Program-made: the position numbers and the translations under genes
Part shown: positions 1-8,765 of the stretch, piece by piece
Layout of the letters: each line of letters begins with the position of its first letter
Numbering within the stretch: position 1 is the first letter of the stretch
Notes under the pieces: generated by a model
Told to the model about the DNA's origin: nothing
Seen by the model: only the letters and a program-made list of their open reading frames with translations
Databases searched by the model: none
NCBI GenBank assembly: GCA_965215005.1
Contig: CBDCCZ010000006.1
Location: forward strand, 1-64,000
Direction of reading: 5' to 3'
DNA length: 64,000 bases
Origin: Kofleriaceae bacterium
GTDB lineage: Bacteria; Myxococcota_A; Polyangia; Haliangiales; Haliangiaceae

Positions 1-59
1 CAACATTCACTCGTCTCTCACGCTGCCTCATCAGCTCTCTCGGGCCGCGCTCAGCGTAG

Positions 60-297
60 AGCTTAGATCTTTGTCCCGATCGCTCTTGGTCTCAGCAAGG
101 CCAAGACTAGGCAGATCCGTCGGATCCTGGTCTTAACGCACGCCCGTCACCTCTCGACTCTCGACCGATGCCAACCGTTGTCGGGATGACGTGGGGGTTG
201 GCAGCACTTACCAGCGAAGATTCCTCTGAGATCGTAGACCTCCTTTCGCCTGGACTTAACTCGAGTTGCGAGTCGCTGACGCTAGCTTCGACGTCTG
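60..297 (-). ncRNA. candidate structured ncRNA or long 5' leader
   Basis: No long ORF downstream of the promoter; stems 145-160/270-281, 169-176/196-203, 211-218/245-253, 228-233/237-242. Confidence 0.4.
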
Positions 298-303
298 TTG
301 GTT

Positions 304-332
304 ACGATATGACGGTCGATCGGGTGTGGCAA
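304..332 (-). promoter_or_regulatory. sigma70-type promoter firing leftward
   Basis: Minus strand reads TTGCCA (332-327), 17 nt spacer, TATCGT (309-304). Confidence 0.6.
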
Positions 333-407
333 GCACTTTTGAAACGAGTCGCTGCCGCGGCGCTCAAGTCCCCGGATTCCGGCTTCTACGGTGCTAGAGT
401 TCGCGTC

Positions 408-1418
408 GTGATCCTCGTAGACGCGCTGCACAAAACGTTTCGCGTGCACCGTCGCGCAAGCGGCTTCTTCAGCGCGCTGCGCTCTCTCTTGCACCGCACC
501 TACGAGGACGTTCATGCGGTGCGTGGTGTCTCGTTCCGCATCGAGCGCGGCGAGCGCGTCGGGTTTCTCGGCCCCAACGGCGCGGGAAAGACCACTACTC
601 TCAAAGTCCTCGCGGGGCTACTCCACCCCAGTAGCGGGAATGTCACCGTAGAAGGGTTCGATCCCCGCCGCCGCGATGCCGAATTCCTGCGCCGCATCAC
701 GTTGGTGATGGGGCAAAAGCAGCAGCTCATTTGGGATCTTCCGCCGCAAGAGACGTACGCTCTCAATCGCGCAGTCTTCGAGGTTCCTGCGGCGCAGTAT
801 AGTGAAACCATGTCGGAGCTCGACGAGCTGCTCGACCTGCGCAACCTATCTACTAAGCCCACGCGCCAGTTATCTCTGGGCGAGCGCATGAAGTGCGAGC
901 TCGCCGCGGCCCTGCTGCATCGACCCGGCACGCTGTTTCTCGACGAGCCCACCATTGGCCTCGACGTCTCCATGCAGGTCTCGACCCGCGAGTTCATCCG
1001 GCACTACAACGAGCGTCACGCCGCCACGGTTCTCTTGACCTCGCATTACATGGAAGATGTCGTTGCGCTCTGCCCACGCGTCATCGTGATCGACCGCGGC
1101 GGCATCATCTACGATGGCGACTTGCGCAAGCTGGTACGCGACATCCATCCAGACAAGCTCGTCACCTTTACCCTCACCGGGCCTGCCGAGCGCGACGTGC
1201 TCGAGCGACTAGGAAGCCTAGTGACCCATGAGCCAACCCATGCCGTATTGCGCGTTGCCCACGATCAACTGCGTTCGGCGGTGAGCCACGCGTTGGCCGA
1301 GTTGCCCATTGGCGATCTTGAGGTCGAAGATCCGCCCCTCGAGGACGTCCTGCGGCAGCTCTTTGCCCGCGAAACTGCCGAGACCGAAAGCCCCACCGCA
1401 CCGCGCACGCCCGCCTGA
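408..1418 (+). CDS. ABC-2 type transporter ATP-binding protein
   Basis: Walker A GPNGAGKT, signature LSLGERMK, Walker B LFLDEPT; GTG at 408 preferred over the extended ORF start at 168. Confidence 0.92.
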   Translation: MILVDALHKTFRVHRRASGFFSALRSLLHRTYEDVHAVRGVSFRIERGERVGFLGPNGAGKTTTLKVLAGLLHPSSGNVTVEGFDPRRRDAEFLRRITLVMGQKQQLIWDLPPQETYALNRAVFEVPAAQYSETMSELDELLDLRNLSTKPTRQLSLGERMKCELAAALLHRPGTLFLDEPTIGLDVSMQVSTREFIRHYNERHAATVLLTSHYMEDVVALCPRVIVIDRGGIIYDGDLRKLVRDIHPDKLVTFTLTGPAERDVLERLGSLVTHEPTHAVLRVAHDQLRSAVSHALAELPIGDLEVEDPPLEDVLRQLFARETAETESPTAPRTPA

Positions 1419-1424
1419 GGGTCC

Positions 1425-2270
1425 ATGAGCTCCTCTCCAAGCCTCTACCGAGGCGAAACGCTCGGCCGCAAGTGGCGTCGCTGGTGGCGCGCGTTCCCGA
1501 CGCTGCTGCAGGTAGGCGCCGCCGAAACCCTGGCGTATCGCGCTGAGTTCATCGTATGGATGCTCACCACCACGCTGCCCTTGGTCATGCTCGGGCTGTG
1601 GACGAGCGTGGCTCGTGAGGGCGCGTTCGCCCATTATCAAACGCACGACTTTGTCGCCTACTACCTCATCACGCTAGTGGTGCGCAATGTTACCGGCAGC
1701 TGGGTCGTATGGCAGCTCGACGACGAAATTCGCCGAGGAACGCTATCCCTGCGCCTATTGCGCCCGATTCATCCGTTCCTCGGCTACGCGGCGCTGCATC
1801 TCTCGGCGGTGCCGCTGCGCGCCGTCGTCGCCATGCCTGCCACCGTCGTGCTGATGCTAACCCAGGCCCGCGAGGTGCTCGCGCTGGACCTCTTCTCGAT
1901 CGCCCTGTTCCTCATTTCACTCGGCGGCGCGTGGGTGCTCACGTTCTTCGTCTTGGTCTCGATCGGCTGCCTGGCGTTTTTCCTCGAACGCTCGGTCGCA
2001 GTGTTCGATGCGTATCTAGGCGTCTTCGCGGTGCTCTCAGGATATCTCATACCGCTCGATCTGTTGCCATCATGGGCTCAGTCGGTCGCTGCCGTCTCGC
2101 CGTTCCGCTTCATGCTCAGCTTTCCCGTGGAGCTGATGATGGGCGTGCACGAGCCCCACGAGGCGCTGTTATTGCTCATGGCCCAAATGGCCTATGCGGC
2201 TGCTGCGGTGGCTTCAGCGGCACTTCTATGGCGCGCTGGCATTCGTCGCTACGAGGCGTTTGGCTCGTGA
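1425..2270 (+). CDS. ABC-2 family permease (DUF990-like)
   Basis: Six-TM hydrophobic pattern, EIRRGTLS..LLRP motif, follows the ATPase. Confidence 0.88.
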   Translation: MSSSPSLYRGETLGRKWRRWWRAFPTLLQVGAAETLAYRAEFIVWMLTTTLPLVMLGLWTSVAREGAFAHYQTHDFVAYYLITLVVRNVTGSWVVWQLDDEIRRGTLSLRLLRPIHPFLGYAALHLSAVPLRAVVAMPATVVLMLTQAREVLALDLFSIALFLISLGGAWVLTFFVLVSIGCLAFFLERSVAVFDAYLGVFAVLSGYLIPLDLLPSWAQSVAAVSPFRFMLSFPVELMMGVHEPHEALLLLMAQMAYAAAAVASAALLWRAGIRRYEAFGS

Positions 2271-3061
2271 ACGCACGCCGCTACGCCACCCTTGCCTGGG
2301 TGCAGATGCGCGCTTCGCTCGCCACGTCGATGCAGTACCGCATCGACTTTGCCGTGCAAGGAGCCATGTCTCTTTATTGGCTCGGATGGAACCTCGTGCC
2401 GCTCCTGGTCCTCTACGATCAGCGCGACAGCGTCGCGGGCTGGAGCTTTGGTGCCGCGCTCGTAGTGATCGCGTGGTTCACTGTGCTGCGAGGATTTTTA
2501 GAAGGGGCCATCAACCCTTCGCTCGTCGACGTGGTCGAACGCATACGCACGGGCGAGCTCGACTACGTGCTCCTCAAGCCCGCCGATGCGCAGTTCCTAG
2601 TATCCACCGCCCGCTTCGCGCCGTGGAAGCTCATCGACGTGCTCGGTGGCTTTGCTCTTGCCGGCTACGCCTTCTACCGGCTCGGTCGCGTTCCTGCGGC
2701 CGGCGACCTCGCGCTTGCGGCCATCATGCTCATGAGCGCCGCGATGGTGCTTTACTCGCTATGGATCCTGATTGTGAGCGCTTCGTTTTGGGTGGTGCGA
2801 CTCGACAATCTCACGTACCTGTTTGGCTCTCTCTTCGACGCCGCTCGCTGGCCTGTGCAAGTGTTTCACGGGGTCTGGCGATTTCTGTTCACGTTCGTCA
2901 TTCCCCTGGCGCTGATGACCACGTATCCCGCCATGGCCGCGCTCGGAACGCTTCGCGCCCGCACCGCTATCCTCAGCCTCGTCGGCGCCGTAGTGTTCGC
3001 CGTGCTGTCGCGGCGCATCTGGCGTAGAGCGATCGCCGGCTACACCTCTGCGTCGAGTTGA
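2267..3061 (+). CDS. ABC-2 family permease (DUF990-like)
   Basis: GTGA overlap with the previous stop; QYRIDF and IRTGELDYVLLKP motifs. Confidence 0.88.
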   Translation: MNARRYATLAWVQMRASLATSMQYRIDFAVQGAMSLYWLGWNLVPLLVLYDQRDSVAGWSFGAALVVIAWFTVLRGFLEGAINPSLVDVVERIRTGELDYVLLKPADAQFLVSTARFAPWKLIDVLGGFALAGYAFYRLGRVPAAGDLALAAIMLMSAAMVLYSLWILIVSASFWVVRLDNLTYLFGSLFDAARWPVQVFHGVWRFLFTFVIPLALMTTYPAMAALGTLRARTAILSLVGAVVFAVLSRRIWRRAIAGYTSASS

Positions 3062-3119
3062 GCCATGGCCAGCCGCGGAGCTAGACGTGGCGGTCACGGC
3101 GGATTATGACTGCCACCTC

Positions 3120-4208
3120 ATGCCCGTTCGCTTCCGTCCCAATGTCGCCTCGATGTCCGCTTACGTCCCCGGTGAGCAGCCGCCCGCCGGCGCTCAGCTG
3201 ATCAAGCTAAACACCAATGAGAACCCATACCCGCCAAGTCCTCACGTAGCGGAGGCGATTGCCAATGCGCTCGGCGGCACCGGCGAGCCAGGAAATTGGC
3301 TACGACTCTATCCTGATCCCAATGCGCGACTCCTCTGCGAAGCAGCCGCGTTGGAGCTTGGGATACCCGTTAGCCGCGTGCTTGCAGGCAACGGCTCCGA
3401 CGAGCTCCTCGCGTCAATCTTTCGCGCCTTCGTCAGCGAAGGCGATGCCATAGCCTATCCCTATCCCACCTACGTGCTCTATGAGACGTTGGCTGCGGCG
3501 CAGGCCGCACGCAGCCACGCAAGCGACTTCTCGCGCCAGTTCGAGCTTCCGCTCGACGAGCTCGCCGCCTCCGAGGCGCCACTGGTGTGCATCGCTAGCC
3601 CCAACTCGCCATCTGGCAGCTCGGTACCAACCGAGCAACTCGAGGTGCTCGCCGAGCGGCTCGCTCGCGACGGTCGCGTGCTGGTCATTGACGAGGCGTA
3701 CGCCGACTTCGCCAAGGACAACGCCATCGGGCTCGTCGAGCGCCACGACAATGTCATCGTGTTACGCACCCTGTCCAAGAGCTACAGCTTGGCTGGCTTG
3801 CGCGTCGGGCTGCTCCTGGCCCAAGAGGCAATTATTGCTGGCCTGCGCAAAGTCAAAGACAGCTACAGCTTGGACCGATTGGCTATCGTTGCCGCTGCGG
3901 CTGCGCTCGAGGATCAAACTTGGATGCAGCGCAACGTCGCGCGGATTCGCGCGACGCGTTCGCGGCTCAGCGAGGGTCTGCGCGGTCTCGGCCTCGAGGT
4001 CCTTCCCAGCGAAGCCAACTTCGTATTCGTGCGCATGGGCAGTGCAGAGCGCGCCGCCGCGGCGTTCCGGCGTCTGCGCGAAGCACAGATTCTAGTCCGC
4101 TATTTTCCGCGGCGACTGCTCGATGACGGCCTGCGCATCACCGTAGGCACCGACGACGAGATCGCTGCTTTCTTGGTCGCCATGGCCGCCTTTGCGCAAA
4201 CCGCTTGA
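3120..4208 (+). CDS. hisC: histidinol-phosphate aminotransferase
   Basis: YVPGEQ, KLNTNENPYPPS, GNGSDE, DEAY, PLP lysine in RTLSKSYSLAGLRVG. Confidence 0.92.
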   Translation: MPVRFRPNVASMSAYVPGEQPPAGAQLIKLNTNENPYPPSPHVAEAIANALGGTGEPGNWLRLYPDPNARLLCEAAALELGIPVSRVLAGNGSDELLASIFRAFVSEGDAIAYPYPTYVLYETLAAAQAARSHASDFSRQFELPLDELAASEAPLVCIASPNSPSGSSVPTEQLEVLAERLARDGRVLVIDEAYADFAKDNAIGLVERHDNVIVLRTLSKSYSLAGLRVGLLLAQEAIIAGLRKVKDSYSLDRLAIVAAAAALEDQTWMQRNVARIRATRSRLSEGLRGLGLEVLPSEANFVFVRMGSAERAAAAFRRLREAQILVRYFPRRLLDDGLRITVGTDDEIAAFLVAMAAFAQTA

Positions 4209-4274
4209 ACACGCTGCGCGCCTTCAGGTAAAGACGCGCAGCTGTGGTTTGCAGGCTTCGGAGCGAGCGTCTTC

Positions 4275-6476
4275 TCAGTTGCTGACGGCGAACGGATCGA
4301 ACGCCTCTGGAGCCTCATCGCCGGCCCAGAAGTCGCTGAGAAAACGCCCCCACAAGAGCTGAACCTCCTCGATGGGAGACTCGAAGCGCCACTCTTCGGC
4401 GCGACGCGTAAACGGCGGGAAGTCGGGCTCAAACGTCATCCCCTCGCTGATCTTCCGCACTAGGGCATGAGCGGCCGGATACCAGACCGTGTGCACAGCG
4501 GTGCGCCGCCCGTTGCTCACGTTGCCTTCGATTGGCCCCTGAACCATGGGCAAATCGACATAGCGAAACAGCTCACCCGGCGGTTGTTCGGTGCCGCTGA
4601 GCTCGAGCACCGGCAGTCCCAGCACGCCCACGAGGTGCTCAACCGCGTCGTTGGGAACCCATTCATCGCCCCACACCTCGGCGAGGATCAAGTTTGCGCC
4701 GGGGTCACCGCGAAGCTCACCAGTCAAGATGTAGGGCGCGTAGACGATAGGATCGCCGGTTTGCATGACCGTGTTCCACAAGGCAAGAACCGGCTCCCAC
4801 CGCGCTCCCATCACGGGATCGCCTAGGACGACTCTATCGTCGACATCGTGCGGGCGAATGAGGATGCCCGTGAACCGGTTTGAGAAGTTTGCTGAGTGCA
4901 CCAACGTAGGATAGGGAAACGAGGACGCGGGCGAAGCCAGCATGGCGATGTCGAAGCTCGGCTCGACGGCCATCGCCAGGAGCGACATCATCGAGCCAAA
5001 GGACTCGGTTACGATCGCAAGGCTATCGCCGCGAAAGCTCAGATCGATCGCCTGCAGCCCGCCGGCGGCCAGAGCGTCGACGATAGGGGAAAGGTCGCCG
5101 TCGCGCAGGAATGCCGCCAGCGAACACAGGTCCACGGCTGCTTGGCGAAAGTTCTCGCGCATCGGCAGCGGGTGGTAAGGAGCATAGCCGCCCGAGTTCG
5201 TCATATGAAAGAAGCCCACCGCACCGAGAAGCTCCACGCGGTCGGCGAAACCATCGGGAGACATTTCCCCGGTCGTGTCGTTGCGGCTATCCGTCGCGCC
5301 CATCCGTCGATCCCCATGATGAAGGAGATCAATTGCGGCCACTGCAAATCCACGGCGGGCCGCCGGCTCGGCAAGTGCCAGCACATCGGCCCGGGTGCGG
5401 TTCATTCCATGAACAAAGAACACCACCGGCAGATTCTCGTAGTCATCCACGCGCGGCAGCACCAACGTCATCCGCACCGGCTGTGTTCCTTTAACAATCG
5501 GGTCGCCGTCCTCGTTCAGCTCGACCACGCCATCGGTCGCAAACTCTGCGCTCAAAAAGCTTGGCAGGTCGACCGTCGCATGCACCACCGCGGCCACGGA
5601 GCCGTGAGGCTGAGGACGGCTGGCAAAGTGTTCGTGCCCAGCCACCGCGTCGGGATCCTGCACTCCAAAGAGATCGTCGAGCTCCTCGGGCTCTGGTCCG
5701 TACACGAGAATGTCGTCGAGGTTGATGAGCATCGGCGGCGATGCAGCGACGATGTCGCGCATGCGCTTGGTGAGGTGGGTGATGTGCTCGGTGCGGAATA
5801 CGGTTGCCACGACCAGCTCTTCTGGCGCCACCTCAATCGCTTCGAGCAGCGGCCGGAGTTGCTGCTGAGCCGCGGCTACGGCCGGATCTGCCGGTGTCGA
5901 GTCCAGAGCCATCGCCGCGCCGAAGGCGTCACTGCGTTGCAGAGCCGCTCCGCTCGAGTCCTTCACGCCCGTCGTTATGTACGCCCCGTAGCGGGTGTTC
6001 TCACGAAGCGCGGTTCCCAGTTGCGGCGCCGCGACGATGGCACCGAGATCGGCGCGAAACTGCAAATCAGTGGCGACCTCGGTGCCGCTGCCGAGGTCGA
6101 TGACGACTACGTTGCCGGCGAGCGAGGTCGGGTCCACCGCACCTTCGACGGGAAAGAATATTGGCGCGTTGACACCAGCACCTTTAACCGCCCGCAGCGC
6201 CTCCTTCATCTGCTCGATTGCCACCGCCGAAGCGTCGGGACCGGAAGGCAGCTCGGTCATCGCGATGCCGCCATCGTCGGCCAAGAATAGGTCCGAAGGA
6301 AATGGGATGGTGCCCCAGGCAGCACCGCTGCCAGGCACCACCGGCTCAAAGACCGCCCGCGCTGTTATTGCCGGCGGCGCAGCGTCGGGCTCGCCCTTGC
6401 CACCCCCGCCGCTCCCTCCACAGGACAGAAGGCAAGCACTCAAACCAAGACAGTTGAGAAGATATCTAAGATTCAC
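4275..6476 (-). CDS. secreted alpha/beta-hydrolase (lipase-like) lipoprotein, paralog A
   Basis: Lipobox LLSC; IPFPSDL N-terminal motif; VHG, TESFG, GDEWVPN and AAHAL as candidate oxyanion/Ser/Asp/His elements; start chosen at GTG 6476. Confidence 0.7.
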   Translation of the reverse strand: MNLRYLLNCLGLSACLLSCGGSGGGGKGEPDAAPPAITARAVFEPVVPGSGAAWGTIPFPSDLFLADDGGIAMTELPSGPDASAVAIEQMKEALRAVKGAGVNAPIFFPVEGAVDPTSLAGNVVVIDLGSGTEVATDLQFRADLGAIVAAPQLGTALRENTRYGAYITTGVKDSSGAALQRSDAFGAAMALDSTPADPAVAAAQQQLRPLLEAIEVAPEELVVATVFRTEHITHLTKRMRDIVAASPPMLINLDDILVYGPEPEELDDLFGVQDPDAVAGHEHFASRPQPHGSVAAVVHATVDLPSFLSAEFATDGVVELNEDGDPIVKGTQPVRMTLVLPRVDDYENLPVVFFVHGMNRTRADVLALAEPAARRGFAVAAIDLLHHGDRRMGATDSRNDTTGEMSPDGFADRVELLGAVGFFHMTNSGGYAPYHPLPMRENFRQAAVDLCSLAAFLRDGDLSPIVDALAAGGLQAIDLSFRGDSLAIVTESFGSMMSLLAMAVEPSFDIAMLASPASSFPYPTLVHSANFSNRFTGILIRPHDVDDRVVLGDPVMGARWEPVLALWNTVMQTGDPIVYAPYILTGELRGDPGANLILAEVWGDEWVPNDAVEHLVGVLGLPVLELSGTEQPPGELFRYVDLPMVQGPIEGNVSNGRRTAVHTVWYPAAHALVRKISEGMTFEPDFPPFTRRAEEWRFESPIEEVQLLWGRFLSDFWAGDEAPEAFDPFAVSN

Positions 6477-6640
6477 GTCGTGAGCATACTCAGCAGCGTT
6501 CGTCGTGACCATGGCGTAAGTGACTGCCGCCTCGGGGCAGATCACAGCAGAGGAGACCCAGGAGTGGGCGTTGTGACGACCGGTGAGTACACCATCGTGC
6601 AGGGCATAGCGGAGAAGACCACTCGCTCACCCATGCTGAG

Positions 6641-6685
6641 TTGACCGATGCGTGAACGCTGCGCTACTTTGACCGATGCGCGAAC
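6641..6685. promoter_or_regulatory. 17-bp direct repeat in divergent intergenic region (candidate operator)
   Basis: TTGACCGATGCGTGAAC (6641-6657) and TTGACCGATGCGCGAAC (6669-6685). Confidence 0.55.
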
Positions 6686-6740
6686 CTTAGTGCACTTGAG
6701 ATAGTAACCTCGGCGCGCACAACAGGAGACGTTTACGAAG

Positions 6741-7694
6741 ATGCGAGGCTACCTCGCGCGATTGCTCTGGGTCGCGCTCATCGCGCCGCTAGCCGGCGCT
6801 TGTATAGAGCCTTTCGAAGGCTCTAAGATCGAAGTCTTGTTTTCGAGCGGCGTTCCGGTTGCCGGCGCGAACGCCCGGGGCGCACCGCCTGCGGGTACAC
6901 ACCTCGAGCTGTACGCGGTCAAGAACGAGAGCCTCTTCCACCTGCGCAACTTCCAGATTCTCCCGATCGTCGATCCCGAGAATCCGTGCTTCATCGAGAC
7001 CAGGGGCGAGTTCGCTGGGACCGACGTCTCGGCCTCTGGCGTTCACATCTCGCAATGGTACGCGGCCTCATTCGAGCTCTACAACCAAGATGGCAGGATC
7101 TCCGCCGATGAGGCTGGATATCTGGCCGATGCCGCCGAGCGGGTTCGCGAGCTCGAGCAGCTCCGCAATGGGCTGAAGGTGGTCACGGCAACCCCCTATG
7201 GCCCGCCCTTCAACGACGACTTCCCAGCCTCTGAGCTCGATGAGCTCGAGGCCGCGCTGCCGCCTCGCACCGCGACCGACGCGGCCGCCAACCGCCAGCG
7301 ACGTCAGGTGTGCGAAGACTTCTTCTCCAAGCATCCGACATTCTATGTTGGCAACGATCGTCTCATCACGCGCCCCATCAATGGGATTTTCCTTGGAGTC
7401 GTCGATGGTCAAGACCCCCGCAACGGCGGCTTCGTCGGCGGCGCGAGCATGGATATCGAAGCGAACCTCGCGGACTTCGATAGCCTGCGTATCAACTGGC
7501 AGTTCGATGATCCCGACGATCCACGCGCAGCAGCGTTAGGCAGCTCCGATACTGGCTACCACTTGATGGCCGGAGCGCCGCAGCGCCTCGCCCGAGGCAT
7601 CGTCAACGTTCGACTGGTAAATGAAAACTTTCCCTCGATCTCCGCGCAGGCAGCGATCTTCACGAACTTAGGGCGAGACGACTCGCACTTTTAG
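6741..7694 (+). CDS. hypothetical lipoprotein
   Basis: AGGAG ribosome-binding site, lipobox LAGAC, GC3-rich codons. Confidence 0.8.
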   Translation: MRGYLARLLWVALIAPLAGACIEPFEGSKIEVLFSSGVPVAGANARGAPPAGTHLELYAVKNESLFHLRNFQILPIVDPENPCFIETRGEFAGTDVSASGVHISQWYAASFELYNQDGRISADEAGYLADAAERVRELEQLRNGLKVVTATPYGPPFNDDFPASELDELEAALPPRTATDAAANRQRRQVCEDFFSKHPTFYVGNDRLITRPINGIFLGVVDGQDPRNGGFVGGASMDIEANLADFDSLRINWQFDDPDDPRAAALGSSDTGYHLMAGAPQRLARGIVNVRLVNENFPSISAQAAIFTNLGRDDSHF

Positions 7695-7703
7695 GAATGT
7701 CTC

Positions 7704-8765
7704 ATGCGTAGTATCGCGTTCACATTCTCCCTTTTATCGGCCTTCGCGCAGATCGGCTGCGAGCCCTCTCTCACCTGCGGCGACGGAAGTCTCGAGATTG
7801 ACGGGACTTGTGTAGCCGAAGCGCTAACTCCTACGCCCACCTGCGGCGCTGGCACCGTTTACAACGCCGTGAGCGGCGTCTGCGAGGTCGCAGAGGTCGC
7901 TCTGGGTTACGGAGTCTGCGGCGACTTCACGGCTCGCGTCACGCGCGACGATGGGCTTCCGATCTGCGTAGGCACCGGCGGCTCGGCATGCGGCATCCGA
8001 CCGCCGTGCCCAGAGCCGGAGGAATCGGGAAATATGACCCTCTGCGGTCGTGTCTATGAGCTCGAAACCTCTGATCCGCTCAGCAATGATATCGACAGCA
8101 CCGAGGTCATGGAGCGTATTACCGGCAAGGTATACGAACCCATCGGCTACATCGACAAGCCTAACAGCGCCGTTCCTATAGGTGTCTTGTCGTTCGATGG
8201 ATGTGGCTATTACGCTGTAGAGGTCGCCAAACCTTTCGGAGGCAACATCGGCATCGTTCTCGATGACGCCGAGACCGCGGCAACGGATGTCTTCGTTCCC
8301 ACCGCCGTCGCTGCAGAAACGCCGGAGGCGGGCACTCTGCAGCTCAACGCGTTTGTCACACGCAATACCACAGACATGGCGTGGGCGCAGATGGCGGGCA
8401 ATCCAGAGGGTGCCGCGACCTTGAGCGAGCGCGGTGTCTACGTCCCAATTTACATCGACACGACTGGCACCCCGACCGGCCCCTTCGAGGGCTCGCCCAC
8501 CGCAGGCGTTACAGTCTCACGCGGCACCAATCCGACTTCGGAGCTAGATTTTTACTTCGCTGATCAAGGCGAGCTGAGTCGATCGCAAATCGATCCATCT
8601 TTACAGGTCACTGGTCGCAACGGAACGGGGATCGTTTTCAGTGATCCTGGCATCGGCACCGACTACAGCGGCGTGGGTCCAGCGGGCTGCACCTGGGAAG
8701 AAGGTGAAGCCGGTATGGTGGCGGGAACGGTGTTCGCGCAAGTACGTCGGGGACAATGCCGCTAG
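7704..8765 (+). CDS. Cys-rich hypothetical lipoprotein
   Basis: Signal peptide ending QIGC; repeated TCG..GT....G.C modules. Confidence 0.75.
   Translation: MRSIAFTFSLLSAFAQIGCEPSLTCGDGSLEIDGTCVAEALTPTPTCGAGTVYNAVSGVCEVAEVALGYGVCGDFTARVTRDDGLPICVGTGGSACGIRPPCPEPEESGNMTLCGRVYELETSDPLSNDIDSTEVMERITGKVYEPIGYIDKPNSAVPIGVLSFDGCGYYAVEVAKPFGGNIGIVLDDAETAATDVFVPTAVAAETPEAGTLQLNAFVTRNTTDMAWAQMAGNPEGAATLSERGVYVPIYIDTTGTPTGPFEGSPTAGVTVSRGTNPTSELDFYFADQGELSRSQIDPSLQVTGRNGTGIVFSDPGIGTDYSGVGPAGCTWEEGEAGMVAGTVFAQVRRGQCR

Noticed and set aside
1..300. Retron msr-msd, tmRNA, or a known riboswitch (cobalamin, TPP, SAM, glycine, c-di-GMP)
   Set aside because: No long msd hairpin or reverse transcriptase visible, no tRNA-like ends, and consensus motifs not found by eye
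4896..6290. 464-aa antisense ORF and similar long shadow ORFs (e.g. 25654-26580, 49839-50903, 53532-54626)
   Set aside because: They overlap well-supported genes, show no motifs, and are expected in high-GC DNA
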